This document shows, one piece after another, positions 9,329 to 18,023 of a stretch of 64,000 bases of DNA (the first letter of the stretch is position 1; each line of letters begins with the position of its first letter). Source of the DNA: Deltaproteobacteria bacterium TL4 (GTDB lineage: Bacteria; SAR324; NAC60-12). The notes beneath the pieces are model-generated. The model did no database searches. It worked only from the letters and a program-made list of their open reading frames with translations, and was not told the DNA's origin. The stretch is taken from assembly GCA_051382335.1 (NCBI GenBank), contig JBBCAX010000150.1:1-64000 (forward strand), read 5' to 3'. Made by a program: the position numbers and the translations under genes.

Positions 9329-9421
9329 TTACGCTTAGGCTTAAGATCAGGTACCCCTGAAGATCGTCAGTTGCCCCTTGGTTTCCTCATCCCAAGATTA
9401 ACTCCGACTCATGGAAGGCTT

Positions 9422-9631
9422 TCAATTTAATGTGACGGGTACCATCCAATCTGCCAGTTCCGATTTTGTGAAAGGAACCTGATAAGCTTGTTGTTCCTCT
9501 TCCACAAGCAATTGTTCGACCATCTCATAAAAATTCGAAACCGCCTGATTCACTCGGTTTTCAAAATCTTGAGAGGTTTGAGCTTTTACCGCGACAATTT
9601 TCCATTCAGTCTTGTTCATTAATTGCATCAT
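9422..9631 (-). CDS. small hypothetical protein
   Basis: AAGGAG RBS, 69-aa ORF, preceded by a sigma28-like promoter. Confidence 0.7.
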   Translation of the reverse strand: MMQLMNKTEWKIVAVKAQTSQDFENRVNQAVSNFYEMVEQLLVEEEQQAYQVPFTKSELADWMVPVTLN

Positions 9632-9685
9632 GAGTCTCCTTAAAACTGTATCTTATATCAATAACCATAGACAAACTTGTTTTTT

Positions 9686-9712
9686 ATATCGGTATCTTTG
9701 TCAAAAACTTGA
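9686..9712 (-). promoter_or_regulatory. sigma28 (FliA)-type promoter
   Basis: minus strand TCAAGTTT-N11-ACCGATAT versus consensus TAAAGTTT-N11-GCCGATAA. Confidence 0.65.
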
Positions 9713-9828
9713 GATAAAAAATATTTCATTATATAAAGGAATCGAAGCTGTGATCCTCACACTGAGGGGACGCTTTTTGTTCGGGGACTGGTTACTCAAA
9801 ACTTATAAAACGGGAATACGTTATCAAA

Positions 9829-10788
9829 ATGGAAATCAAATTCATCAAATGTCATGGTTCTGGAAACGATTTTGTCATGGTTGACGAAAATAGTGTTTCT
9901 CAAGAGTTTAGCCCCAAACAATGGTCTCAACTGGCCATCGCGGTTTCTGATCGTCAAGGGCTGATAGGTGCTGACGGGTTACTGATTGTTTCACATCGAA
10001 CCTCTTTCGAGGGTCGTATGATTATGTATAACACGGATGGGACTGAAGCTGAAATGTGCGGCAATGGTATGCGCTGTGTGGCTCGCAAATTATTAGAAGA
10101 ACAGAAAACGTCCCAGCTTCGGGTGGAAGCCAAAGTCGGCTCGGTACTGTGCCAGCAAGTTGAGGCAATCTTTCCTCAGGTCCCAAGCGTTTCTGTGGTC
10201 ATCAATCCGGTCAAATTGAAAGCTTCGGAGGTCCCTCTTGAATATAACCGGGAGGATGTCATTAATCTTTCCATTCCTGAAGTAGACGCTGAAGCAAAAT
10301 TCACAGCGTTAAGCATTCCCAATCCTCATCTGATCACCTTTGTCCCTGAAATTGACAGGCAGCGTTTGGAACTCTGGGGACGTCATATCGTGCAACATCC
10401 TGAAATTTTTCCCAACGGGATGAATGTCAGTATGGTCAAGCTGATGGCTCATAATCATATTTTCGTGATGACAAACGAACGGGGTTGTGGCATCACACAG
10501 GCTTGTGGAACAGCCATGTCCGCAAGCGCTTTTGTGAGTTGTTTGCTGAAAAAATGTGACTATAACACCCCCATCAAAGTGCAAGCCATGGGAGGCTTAA
10601 ACTTTTGTACCATCGTCAATCAACGCTCAACCGAAGTGATTTTGACAGGTAATGCCAGTTATGTTTATAAGGCTTCGTTGGTCTTTGATTCGGAAACAGG
10701 AAGCCTTCTTCAAATCAACGATAAAGATGAATTCCGAGATGAAATCACTCATTATCAAGAACTAATGCAAACCTTAGCCTCTTTTTGA
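9829..10788 (+). CDS. dapF: diaminopimelate epimerase
   Basis: KCHGSGNDF, IGADGL, EMCGNG, PNPH, FPNGMNV and ERGCGITQACGTA. Confidence 0.95.
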   Translation: MEIKFIKCHGSGNDFVMVDENSVSQEFSPKQWSQLAIAVSDRQGLIGADGLLIVSHRTSFEGRMIMYNTDGTEAEMCGNGMRCVARKLLEEQKTSQLRVEAKVGSVLCQQVEAIFPQVPSVSVVINPVKLKASEVPLEYNREDVINLSIPEVDAEAKFTALSIPNPHLITFVPEIDRQRLELWGRHIVQHPEIFPNGMNVSMVKLMAHNHIFVMTNERGCGITQACGTAMSASAFVSCLLKKCDYNTPIKVQAMGGLNFCTIVNQRSTEVILTGNASYVYKASLVFDSETGSLLQINDKDEFRDEITHYQELMQTLASF

Positions 10789-12227
10789 CCATGGCAAAAA
10801 TAACTTATTCCTTGCAAAAAAAAACGATTCGAGATTGTAAGCAGGTAATGTCCTCAGCAACGAACTATCAAACCTGGCACGAAGCCGCCTTGGAATTGGA
10901 TTTACTTGAGGGCAATGATGAATGGAAGCAGGATAAGAGCTCTCCTCACTATAAATACCAGTTGATTGAGGAACGTTTACACCGCTTACGGCAATACCGT
11001 GAATCAAAAGACATCTTGGATGTTATCTATCACTTAAGGGAGGGACTTCATCAAAATTTAGGAAATATTTGCAATCCACAACTCTATAACAAATCCCACA
11101 CAGGGACAAAACAGTTGATTGAAGACTACATCCAAGAAGTGGTGACCAATTTGAATGAGATCTGTGACAATGATTACGACTTTTTTTCTAAAGAACAGAA
11201 AATTCAATTTTTCCGGGATGTTTTTCAAGCTTATGGCAGAAATGCGCTGTTACTGAGTGGAGGTGCCACGTTGGGGATTTTTCACTTAGGCGTGATTAAA
11301 GTGCTTTGGGAGCAAAATCTTCTGCCTCATGTGATATCAGGCTCTAGCGCGGGTTCTATTATTGCGGCCCTGATTGGTGTGGCTCATGATCGGGCCTTTC
11401 CTCAAATTTTTGAGATTGAGGATTTACCCATTCGTATATGGAAAATTTACTCCCCTCAAAAAATATGGAGTCATAAGCACTTAATCAACAGTGAGCCCCT
11501 ACGCCAGACGATTCAAAACATGATCGGAGAGAAAACCTTTCAGGAAGCCTATGAAAAAACAGGCAGGAGTTTAAATATTACGGTTTCTCCAAATACAAAA
11601 AATCAAATGCCGCGTCTGTTAAATCACCTGACCTCACCGCATATTTACATTTGGACTGCGGTCTTAGCCTCCTGTGCCATTCCAGGCTTTTTTCCGCCTG
11701 TCCCTCTGTTAGCCAAAGATCGTTTTAATTCACCCATTGCGTATATGCCTCCCTTGAAATGGGTTGATGGTTCTCTGAAAGGGGATCTGCCCATGTTACG
11801 TCTTTCACGGCTGTATAATGTCAATCGCTATATTACCAGCCAGGCTAATCCCTATGTCCTGCCTTTTATTAATAAAGAACTCCCCATGAAAGAAAATAAA
11901 CTCTCCCGGTTATTACAATCAGAAGCAAAGGTGGTTGGCGGATACCTTCTCGATAGTGCGAGAGCTCATGTAACCAATGATATGGTAGACATGTTGCTGG
12001 ACAGTGCGGGGACGCTAATCACTCAAAGTTATTTGGGGGATATTACTGTTCATCCTCAAAGCTCTTTATCGAATTATAAAAGAGTCCTCTCCGATCCAAC
12101 TCCAGAAGATATACACAACATGATACAGGAAGGCGAACGGGCAACCTGGTATAAGCTCTCGATGATTCGCAACCAGACTCGTATTAGCCATACCTTATCC
12201 TCCTGTTTGAAACGTTTATTGAAGTGA
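10785..12227 (+). CDS. patatin-like lipase with DUF3336-like N-terminus (TGL/SDP1-like)
   Basis: ALLLSGGATLG, GSSAGS, ASCAIPG and WVDGS; N-terminal WxEAAxELDxLEGxxxWK; ATG at 10791 likely. Confidence 0.88.
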   Translation: MTMAKITYSLQKKTIRDCKQVMSSATNYQTWHEAALELDLLEGNDEWKQDKSSPHYKYQLIEERLHRLRQYRESKDILDVIYHLREGLHQNLGNICNPQLYNKSHTGTKQLIEDYIQEVVTNLNEICDNDYDFFSKEQKIQFFRDVFQAYGRNALLLSGGATLGIFHLGVIKVLWEQNLLPHVISGSSAGSIIAALIGVAHDRAFPQIFEIEDLPIRIWKIYSPQKIWSHKHLINSEPLRQTIQNMIGEKTFQEAYEKTGRSLNITVSPNTKNQMPRLLNHLTSPHIYIWTAVLASCAIPGFFPPVPLLAKDRFNSPIAYMPPLKWVDGSLKGDLPMLRLSRLYNVNRYITSQANPYVLPFINKELPMKENKLSRLLQSEAKVVGGYLLDSARAHVTNDMVDMLLDSAGTLITQSYLGDITVHPQSSLSNYKRVLSDPTPEDIHNMIQEGERATWYKLSMIRNQTRISHTLSSCLKRLLK

Positions 12228-13478
12228 GGTCTTGGAAAGGGTCACAGGTTTCAACTGAAGTTCTAAAGATAATTCGAGTATCTTTTCCTCGCGGAGGGTG
12301 ATGGCCTGTTGTTCCCTCAAATGAACGGTTTTGATGAGGGGAGATCCTTCCAAATAGGTTAAAACATTGGAAATCAGCGCGGGTTCCAGGGTCAGTAACT
12401 TCAAATCAAGTCTTTCATCTTCATAATACAGTTTTTTGATCCAAACCCCTTTGATCGGTGTGATCACTTGTTCAAGCAGATTCCTAGCCATTAAAGAGGA
12501 TGCTTTTAAATGCTCATAAAGGGTATTGACTCTCAAAAAATGATTTTGTTTAAGCGTATATTCATTCAGTTTAGTAATATGATTTTGTCCTATTTCAATC
12601 TGCTCTTTTGCAGACTGAAGCTCTTTTTTATGGGAACTGATATTCTTCTGAGTTGAATAATAAACACCTCCAACTGTTAAACAAAGAAGTGTCATCGCAA
12701 GAACCCCTCCTGTCTTTGCGTTCCATTTTTGTTTCTTTTCAACTTGTTCCCACCAAAATCCTTGAAAGGGAGTACGTCCTTCACCTTTTCGGGTTTTCAA
12801 GAAATTAAAAATGGAGCAGGGTGTGTTTTCGGCAGAATTCTCAAAATCCAGGCAGATTGTCTCGAAGGACTGTTCTCGGGCAGGAAGGTGATCCTTGATA
12901 AAATGAGGAAAGATTTCCTGTGATAAGGGGGGTAAGGGCGTCAAGGTGAGGATTTGTTTTTCTTGCGTTTTTATTAACTGGAGATCTTCTAACCCCTTGA
13001 AGATCAAATGATCTTGTGCGTTGTTCAGAATTCCAGGAAGGCAGGCATAAATCAAGGGCAGAACTTCTACCTGTGCTTTAGTCGCTTTCTTCAACTCAAA
13101 AACAAACTGTTGCGCTTGCGTTGAGAGCAGGGCACATAAGATCTTTGTTTTCTTGGAGGGGGAATGTTCTAAAAAGCTGAATCCCACTTTTCTTTTTTCT
13201 ACAGAATTAAAAGAATTATATTCTAAATGATTGTGGCTAAAATGTGTGGCTTCCTCTGTGGACAGAGTGAGGATATTGTCAAAACGGTAAAAGGTCCAGG
13301 GAAACTCCAGCAGAACGGTCCAATGTGAACTTTCCCATTGTAGGCAATGTTGCAATATCTGTTCGTTGGAAAGGGCCTCAATGTTGAGGCGAAGGCGTTT
13401 TTTGGCTGAATCGCCTACCCAAAGCGTGTGTTGTGATAAGGTGATATAGAGAGGGGGCTTTTGAGTAAAAAAATTCAT
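12216..13478 (-). CDS. hypothetical membrane protein, GspL/PilN-like architecture
   Basis: cytoplasmic N-domain, one TM, coiled coil, then GVWIKKL...LEGSPLIKTVHL (PilN-like); follows pilD. Confidence 0.55.
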   Translation of the reverse strand: MNFFTQKPPLYITLSQHTLWVGDSAKKRLRLNIEALSNEQILQHCLQWESSHWTVLLEFPWTFYRFDNILTLSTEEATHFSHNHLEYNSFNSVEKRKVGFSFLEHSPSKKTKILCALLSTQAQQFVFELKKATKAQVEVLPLIYACLPGILNNAQDHLIFKGLEDLQLIKTQEKQILTLTPLPPLSQEIFPHFIKDHLPAREQSFETICLDFENSAENTPCSIFNFLKTRKGEGRTPFQGFWWEQVEKKQKWNAKTGGVLAMTLLCLTVGGVYYSTQKNISSHKKELQSAKEQIEIGQNHITKLNEYTLKQNHFLRVNTLYEHLKASSLMARNLLEQVITPIKGVWIKKLYYEDERLDLKLLTLEPALISNVLTYLEGSPLIKTVHLREQQAITLREEKILELSLELQLKPVTLSKTSLQ

Positions 13479-13499
13479 CTTCGCACAAACTCCAGATTG

Positions 13500-14273
13500 C
13501 TATTGGATAAATAACCAGGGAGCAAATGATTTTCCGAATTCAGTATATTTTAAAAAATAAATCATAGCACCGCCCAAACACAAAAATGGGGCAAAAGGAA
13601 TCGGTGTATCTCTCAGGGATTGCTTTTGTATCACCACCCGTGATACGCCTATAAGCAATCCTGAAATTGCGGCAACCAGAACGACAAGATGCAAGCCATT
13701 CCACCCTGTCCATAGACCAATCAAACCTAACACGGCAGCATCTCCATCGCCCAGTCCTTGACGTCTGCGAAGGGTTTCATAAAAAAAGCCGATGAAATAA
13801 AAAGCACCTGCCCCTATGAGCATACCCAGAACTCCCGGAAGTATAAAGGAAGGCTCAAAGAAACATAACCAAGCGAAGCGAAGGCTGATGGCAAAAATGA
13901 CCACACGCGGTTCAATGGAAAGCGTATTCCAGTCAATCATGGTGATCACAATCAACGCATAAAGGTAAAGTAAGTCCACTGAAAGCTGAGAAAGTGAAGG
14001 GTGCCAAAGAGCCAGGCCGAGGGTACTCGCAATCGTGAGCAATTCCACCAGGAGTGGCTGTAAGGGCAGCGGCGTTTGACAGGAAGGACACCGGCGTTGA
14101 AATAGAAAATACCCCAGTACGGGCAGTGCTTGCCATGAAAGCGGATCTTGGCATTTCGAACACGCTAACGTGGGTGTCAGGGCAAGGTCATCGGGCATTC
14201 TTTGCACACAACGATTCAAGAAAACACTGGCGACACCTCCGCCCAAAATTGCACTTACCCAAACAATCAACAT
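13500..14273 (-). CDS. pilD: type IV prepilin peptidase
   Basis: two CxxC (CSKC, CPSC), IDW, QGLGDGD and PIPFAPFL. Confidence 0.92.
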   Translation of the reverse strand: MLIVWVSAILGGGVASVFLNRCVQRMPDDLALTPTLACSKCQDPLSWQALPVLGYFLFQRRCPSCQTPLPLQPLLVELLTIASTLGLALWHPSLSQLSVDLLYLYALIVITMIDWNTLSIEPRVVIFAISLRFAWLCFFEPSFILPGVLGMLIGAGAFYFIGFFYETLRRRQGLGDGDAAVLGLIGLWTGWNGLHLVVLVAAISGLLIGVSRVVIQKQSLRDTPIPFAPFLCLGGAMIYFLKYTEFGKSFAPWLFIQ

Positions 14274-14278
14274 AAATC

Positions 14279-15268
14279 TTATTTCGTAGGAATCATGTCT
14301 CCAGAATTGGCGTCAAAGCGAATATTTTGTTTCGCTTGTTGTGATTTCGTTTTGATCAAAAGCGTTCCTTCTCCAACATCATCGGATTGAGTGTCATCCA
14401 TGACGGCCCAGATCAAAATACTGCCATCAAACTCATCATCATCTTTACGAGGCGGATCAATCTCGATGGGAACTCTTGTAAATCCATCAGCATCCAATTT
14501 GACATCGGAAGGAAAGCGGACCCCGTTATAATTGCTTTTGAGATAAATTGCCCCAGCTCGTTTGAGATTCTTTTTATTGGCCACCTCTCCTATTTGAATG
14601 TCTAAACGGAACTTTTTGCTGTCGCCCTCTTTGAAATCGAGTTGGTACGTTTCTGAATTAATAAAAAGTTTATAGGGAATATCTTCGATTTTTTCTGCAA
14701 GCTGATCGGTTTTACTAAACTCTTTAATGCGTTTTCCCGGTATCAGTTCTACTTCTGAGGTAGCATTCTTAACAGAAATCTTTCCTTCCGCCAAAGCGAC
14801 ACTCGCTTTATCTTCAGCTTCTGAGATACGCAAGGTGGTTCCCTTGATTCCAATGGTGGCTGTCGGGGTTCGAATGCTGGTTTCTTGACGTTCTTTGATA
14901 AACTTACCCCAAAAGGAGCCTAATTTCATAAAAAGTTTATATTGAAACGTCCGCTTGCGAGTAGGAATTTCCTCACCAGATTCAATGGTAAATTGCGTAT
15001 TTTCAAACAACCGAATTTCAGAGCCATCGCGGAATAATACCGTCACCTTTCCCGCGACACCTGTCGTGATCTGATCATTGGCGTACAAAAGAAGTCCATT
15101 TCGCCCCAAGGTCCGCTTATTACTTCGGGATATGGTCACTTCCACTTTTCCCACCACATGCGCCAGCGTTGCAATCGCTGTCTCTACAGCATTCGCAGGC
15201 ATCGGCCCTATCAAAAAAATCACTAAACCACAGAGTAATCCCAAACGCGTCCACTTTGTATCACACAT
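14279..15268 (-). CDS. exported FecR-domain protein
   Basis: signal peptide, DQITTG, FRDGSEIRL, TPTATIGIKGT and VALAEGKI; GAGGAG RBS before ATG 15268. Confidence 0.8.
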   Translation of the reverse strand: MCDTKWTRLGLLCGLVIFLIGPMPANAVETAIATLAHVVGKVEVTISRSNKRTLGRNGLLLYANDQITTGVAGKVTVLFRDGSEIRLFENTQFTIESGEEIPTRKRTFQYKLFMKLGSFWGKFIKERQETSIRTPTATIGIKGTTLRISEAEDKASVALAEGKISVKNATSEVELIPGKRIKEFSKTDQLAEKIEDIPYKLFINSETYQLDFKEGDSKKFRLDIQIGEVANKKNLKRAGAIYLKSNYNGVRFPSDVKLDADGFTRVPIEIDPPRKDDDEFDGSILIWAVMDDTQSDDVGEGTLLIKTKSQQAKQNIRFDANSGDMIPTK

Positions 15269-15294
15269 ATCTTTCTCCTCTTTTTTAGGAAAGA

Positions 15295-16074
15295 TTAATG
15301 ACCCCATCGCTGTTTACGAATAAACTCAACGAGTGGAGGAACAACCAGGCCCACCTCTAACAGACCATAGCTGAATTTTAATTTAGGTAAAATCAAGTAC
15401 CTCGCATACCGCATGCTTCGGCCAGCTTCCCGAATGGCAAGAAATCGATCTTCCGTCGTCGCAGTAAATAATAACAGCGGTGTCGTAATCGATGACAGTT
15501 GTTTGCCCACGCCTTCCCACTGGATCATGGCTTCCAGGGAAAGCGCATACGCCTCAGGGCTTCCGCCCACGATTGCTTCCTGCTGTCCGAGAGAGAGTTG
15601 TTTCTCGGAATACACCTGTTGTATAAAACTTGGGAGATTACCATTCTTCAGGTGTTGAATTCCCTCTTCAAGGAGTTGAGTTTCATTTGTGAAAGGATAA
15701 GGGTGTGCTTCAATGGTTGACAACGTTCTCAAACGTTTCGGATGATATGCTGCCAGCCAGAATCCCACCAAGGCCCCCAAACCCTCACCTAAAAAATGAA
15801 AATTATCAATTCCAAGCTCTTTGGTGATATCCAGGACATGACGTACTCTTGATTCGATTGTATAATAAGACAACTGATTAGGCGTATGACTCGCGCCTTG
15901 TCCCAAGGGTTCAATGATAACAACTCGGTATTGTTCCCTCAACTGTTCTATGTATTTTGAAAGATACCAACATTCCAAAGGAATCACAGCAGGGCCGTGT
16001 AAAATAAGAACAGGTCCCTTATCTCCTTCAACCTGATAATGAATATGTTGGTTTTGACTTACAACAATGGGCAT
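15295..16074 (-). CDS. alpha/beta-hydrolase-fold protein with degenerate catalytic residues
   Basis: GPVLILHG and PLGQGAS; elbow reads FLGEGLG with no Ser; likely start ATG 16074. Confidence 0.8.
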   Translation of the reverse strand: MPIVVSQNQHIHYQVEGDKGPVLILHGPAVIPLECWYLSKYIEQLREQYRVVIIEPLGQGASHTPNQLSYYTIESRVRHVLDITKELGIDNFHFLGEGLGALVGFWLAAYHPKRLRTLSTIEAHPYPFTNETQLLEEGIQHLKNGNLPSFIQQVYSEKQLSLGQQEAIVGGSPEAYALSLEAMIQWEGVGKQLSSITTPLLLFTATTEDRFLAIREAGRSMRYARYLILPKLKFSYGLLEVGLVVPPLVEFIRKQRWGH

Positions 16075-16238
16075 AAATAATAAAAATCTGAAAGTTACAC
16101 CATCTCTAACCGAGATATCACAAAGCGTCTTGGTTCGAAAATAATGGTTCAAAAATGTAATAAACTAAGATATCGTCGAGAACACATACTGCAAATGAAC
16201 TTCTATCGCAGCTCCCAGACTCTTTTCCTAACGAAAGC

Positions 16239-16997
16239 TCACCCTTTAAATTTCATCGGGTTATTAATCAGACTTGCAACGTAGGCAGCTCCGAAGCCAT
16301 TATCAATATTGACAACGGTCACACCGGGAGCACAACTATTAAGCATCGTCATCAAAGCGGAGAGCCCTTTCAAGGCCACACCATATCCGATGGAAGTCGG
16401 AACAGCAATGACGGGTACCTGAACCAGTCCACCCACCACACTTGCTAGAGCACCATCCATGCCTGCGATCACAATAATCACTTTTGCCTGACGAAGGCGG
16501 TCCAGGTGAGATAACAGCCGTTGAAGTCCAGCCACCCCCACATCAGCAATGACCTCCACCCGGTTTCCCATCCAGGACGCACTTTCATAGGCTTCCTCTG
16601 CTACAGAAATATCCGAAGTCCCCGCCGTTAAAATGACGATATCTCCTGTTTTGGATCGTGCCTGGTTTGTGATGGACAGAATTTTTCCAATCTTGTTATA
16701 ATGTCCTTCAATCCCGTTTTTTTTGAGATAGTTCCATTTTTTTGGAGACAACCTTGTTACTAACAACTCCTGATGAACTTGAAGATGAGCTGTACAAATT
16801 GAAAGCAAATGAGCTTTTTTTTTATTCTTGCCAAAGACCACTTCAGGGAAACCTTTGCGCCGAAATCGTTCGTGATCTACTTTCGCGAATCCCAAGTCCT
16901 GGAAACTGTAATGTTCCATTTCTTGTAAGGCTTGTTTTGAAGTCAGTGCCCCCTTTTCAATCTTTACAAATAACTCATAAAACTCTTGATGGGTCAT
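16239..16997 (-). CDS. larB: nickel-pincer cofactor biosynthesis protein LarB (AIR carboxylase-like)
   Basis: GFPEVVFG, AGTSD, DVGVAGL, AGMDGAL, VPTSIGYG and VVNIDNGFGAA. Confidence 0.92.
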   Translation of the reverse strand: MTHQEFYELFVKIEKGALTSKQALQEMEHYSFQDLGFAKVDHERFRRKGFPEVVFGKNKKKAHLLSICTAHLQVHQELLVTRLSPKKWNYLKKNGIEGHYNKIGKILSITNQARSKTGDIVILTAGTSDISVAEEAYESASWMGNRVEVIADVGVAGLQRLLSHLDRLRQAKVIIVIAGMDGALASVVGGLVQVPVIAVPTSIGYGVALKGLSALMTMLNSCAPGVTVVNIDNGFGAAYVASLINNPMKFKG

Positions 16998-17021
16998 ACA
17001 ATGCTCAAAAAACGAATAAGC

Positions 17022-18017
17022 TCAAGTCATTCTCGTCGAAGACTGTTGTTTTTGATAAAATAATAATTCTTCGCTATTGGGGCGGTGCCGCCATCTTCGA
17101 TGAAACCAGGCCCACTGTTCAGGTTGTTGACGAATCAACATTTCCATGTGTTGATTCATTTCATAAGTTGCCTTGAAAACATCTTCATCGCAAAGCGTCA
17201 AATGGTCAAAAGTTCCAATATTTTCAAAGCGTAGGCGAAACGTTCCATTCGGTTGACGAAGAATCACATTACTGATCACCAGGGTTCCACATCGGATCGC
17301 AAGATTCGACACCGCTATCGGTGATTTGGCCAAGTGCCCAAAAAAGGGCACAAACATGCTAGGCACATTCGTATCCTGATCAATCGCGAGCAAAAAGATT
17401 TCCTTACGCTTAAAACACCTGAGAATCGCAATGGCGGCTTTAGGATCACCTCTGGGGATCAGGTGAATATTCTCACGTTCACGAATTGCTCTTAAAGTTT
17501 GGTTGATTCGTGGATCGGGATAACTCGTGGTTATCACTAACGTTGGATATTTCCTATGGAGTAGATAAGGCACAATCAACTCCCAATTCCCCATATGGAG
17601 TGCCAAAAGAATAACCCCTTTCCCCTCATTTAAGGCGTTTTCAAGAAGGTGTTCATTTTCAATAATCACACGTTTTTCAAAATCTCGAATGATTTGTTCC
17701 ATGGCAAAAAACTCGAGCATTCCTTGACCAAAATGCAAAAAACAAGCATAAGCCCACTGCTGTTGTTGTTTCAAAGGGATTTCAGGGAAAATCCAGGCCA
17801 GTTGTTTTTCAACAATGCCTCTGTCCTTCCTCAACACATGATACGCCAACTTTCCCAAACCCCGCCCTAAGCCTTGTAAGCGTTCCAAGGAAAACTTTCG
17901 TCCAAGAAAGAGTCCAAAACAGAAAACAAAATACTCCAGATTCCTTCGAACACGGGTCGTCCATTGGGGACGCTTCTTTTTAAATTCTGTATAGGAGAAA
18001 TCCGGTGAATCCTGCAT
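17022..18017 (-). CDS. lpxL: lipid A lauroyl/late acyltransferase (LpxL/HtrB family)
   Basis: HMGNWE, IDQD, VPFFG and PEQWAWFHRRW. Confidence 0.85.
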   Translation of the reverse strand: MQDSPDFSYTEFKKKRPQWTTRVRRNLEYFVFCFGLFLGRKFSLERLQGLGRGLGKLAYHVLRKDRGIVEKQLAWIFPEIPLKQQQQWAYACFLHFGQGMLEFFAMEQIIRDFEKRVIIENEHLLENALNEGKGVILLALHMGNWELIVPYLLHRKYPTLVITTSYPDPRINQTLRAIRERENIHLIPRGDPKAAIAILRCFKRKEIFLLAIDQDTNVPSMFVPFFGHLAKSPIAVSNLAIRCGTLVISNVILRQPNGTFRLRFENIGTFDHLTLCDEDVFKATYEMNQHMEMLIRQQPEQWAWFHRRWRHRPNSEELLFYQKQQSSTRMT

Positions 18018-18023
18018 AACCCT

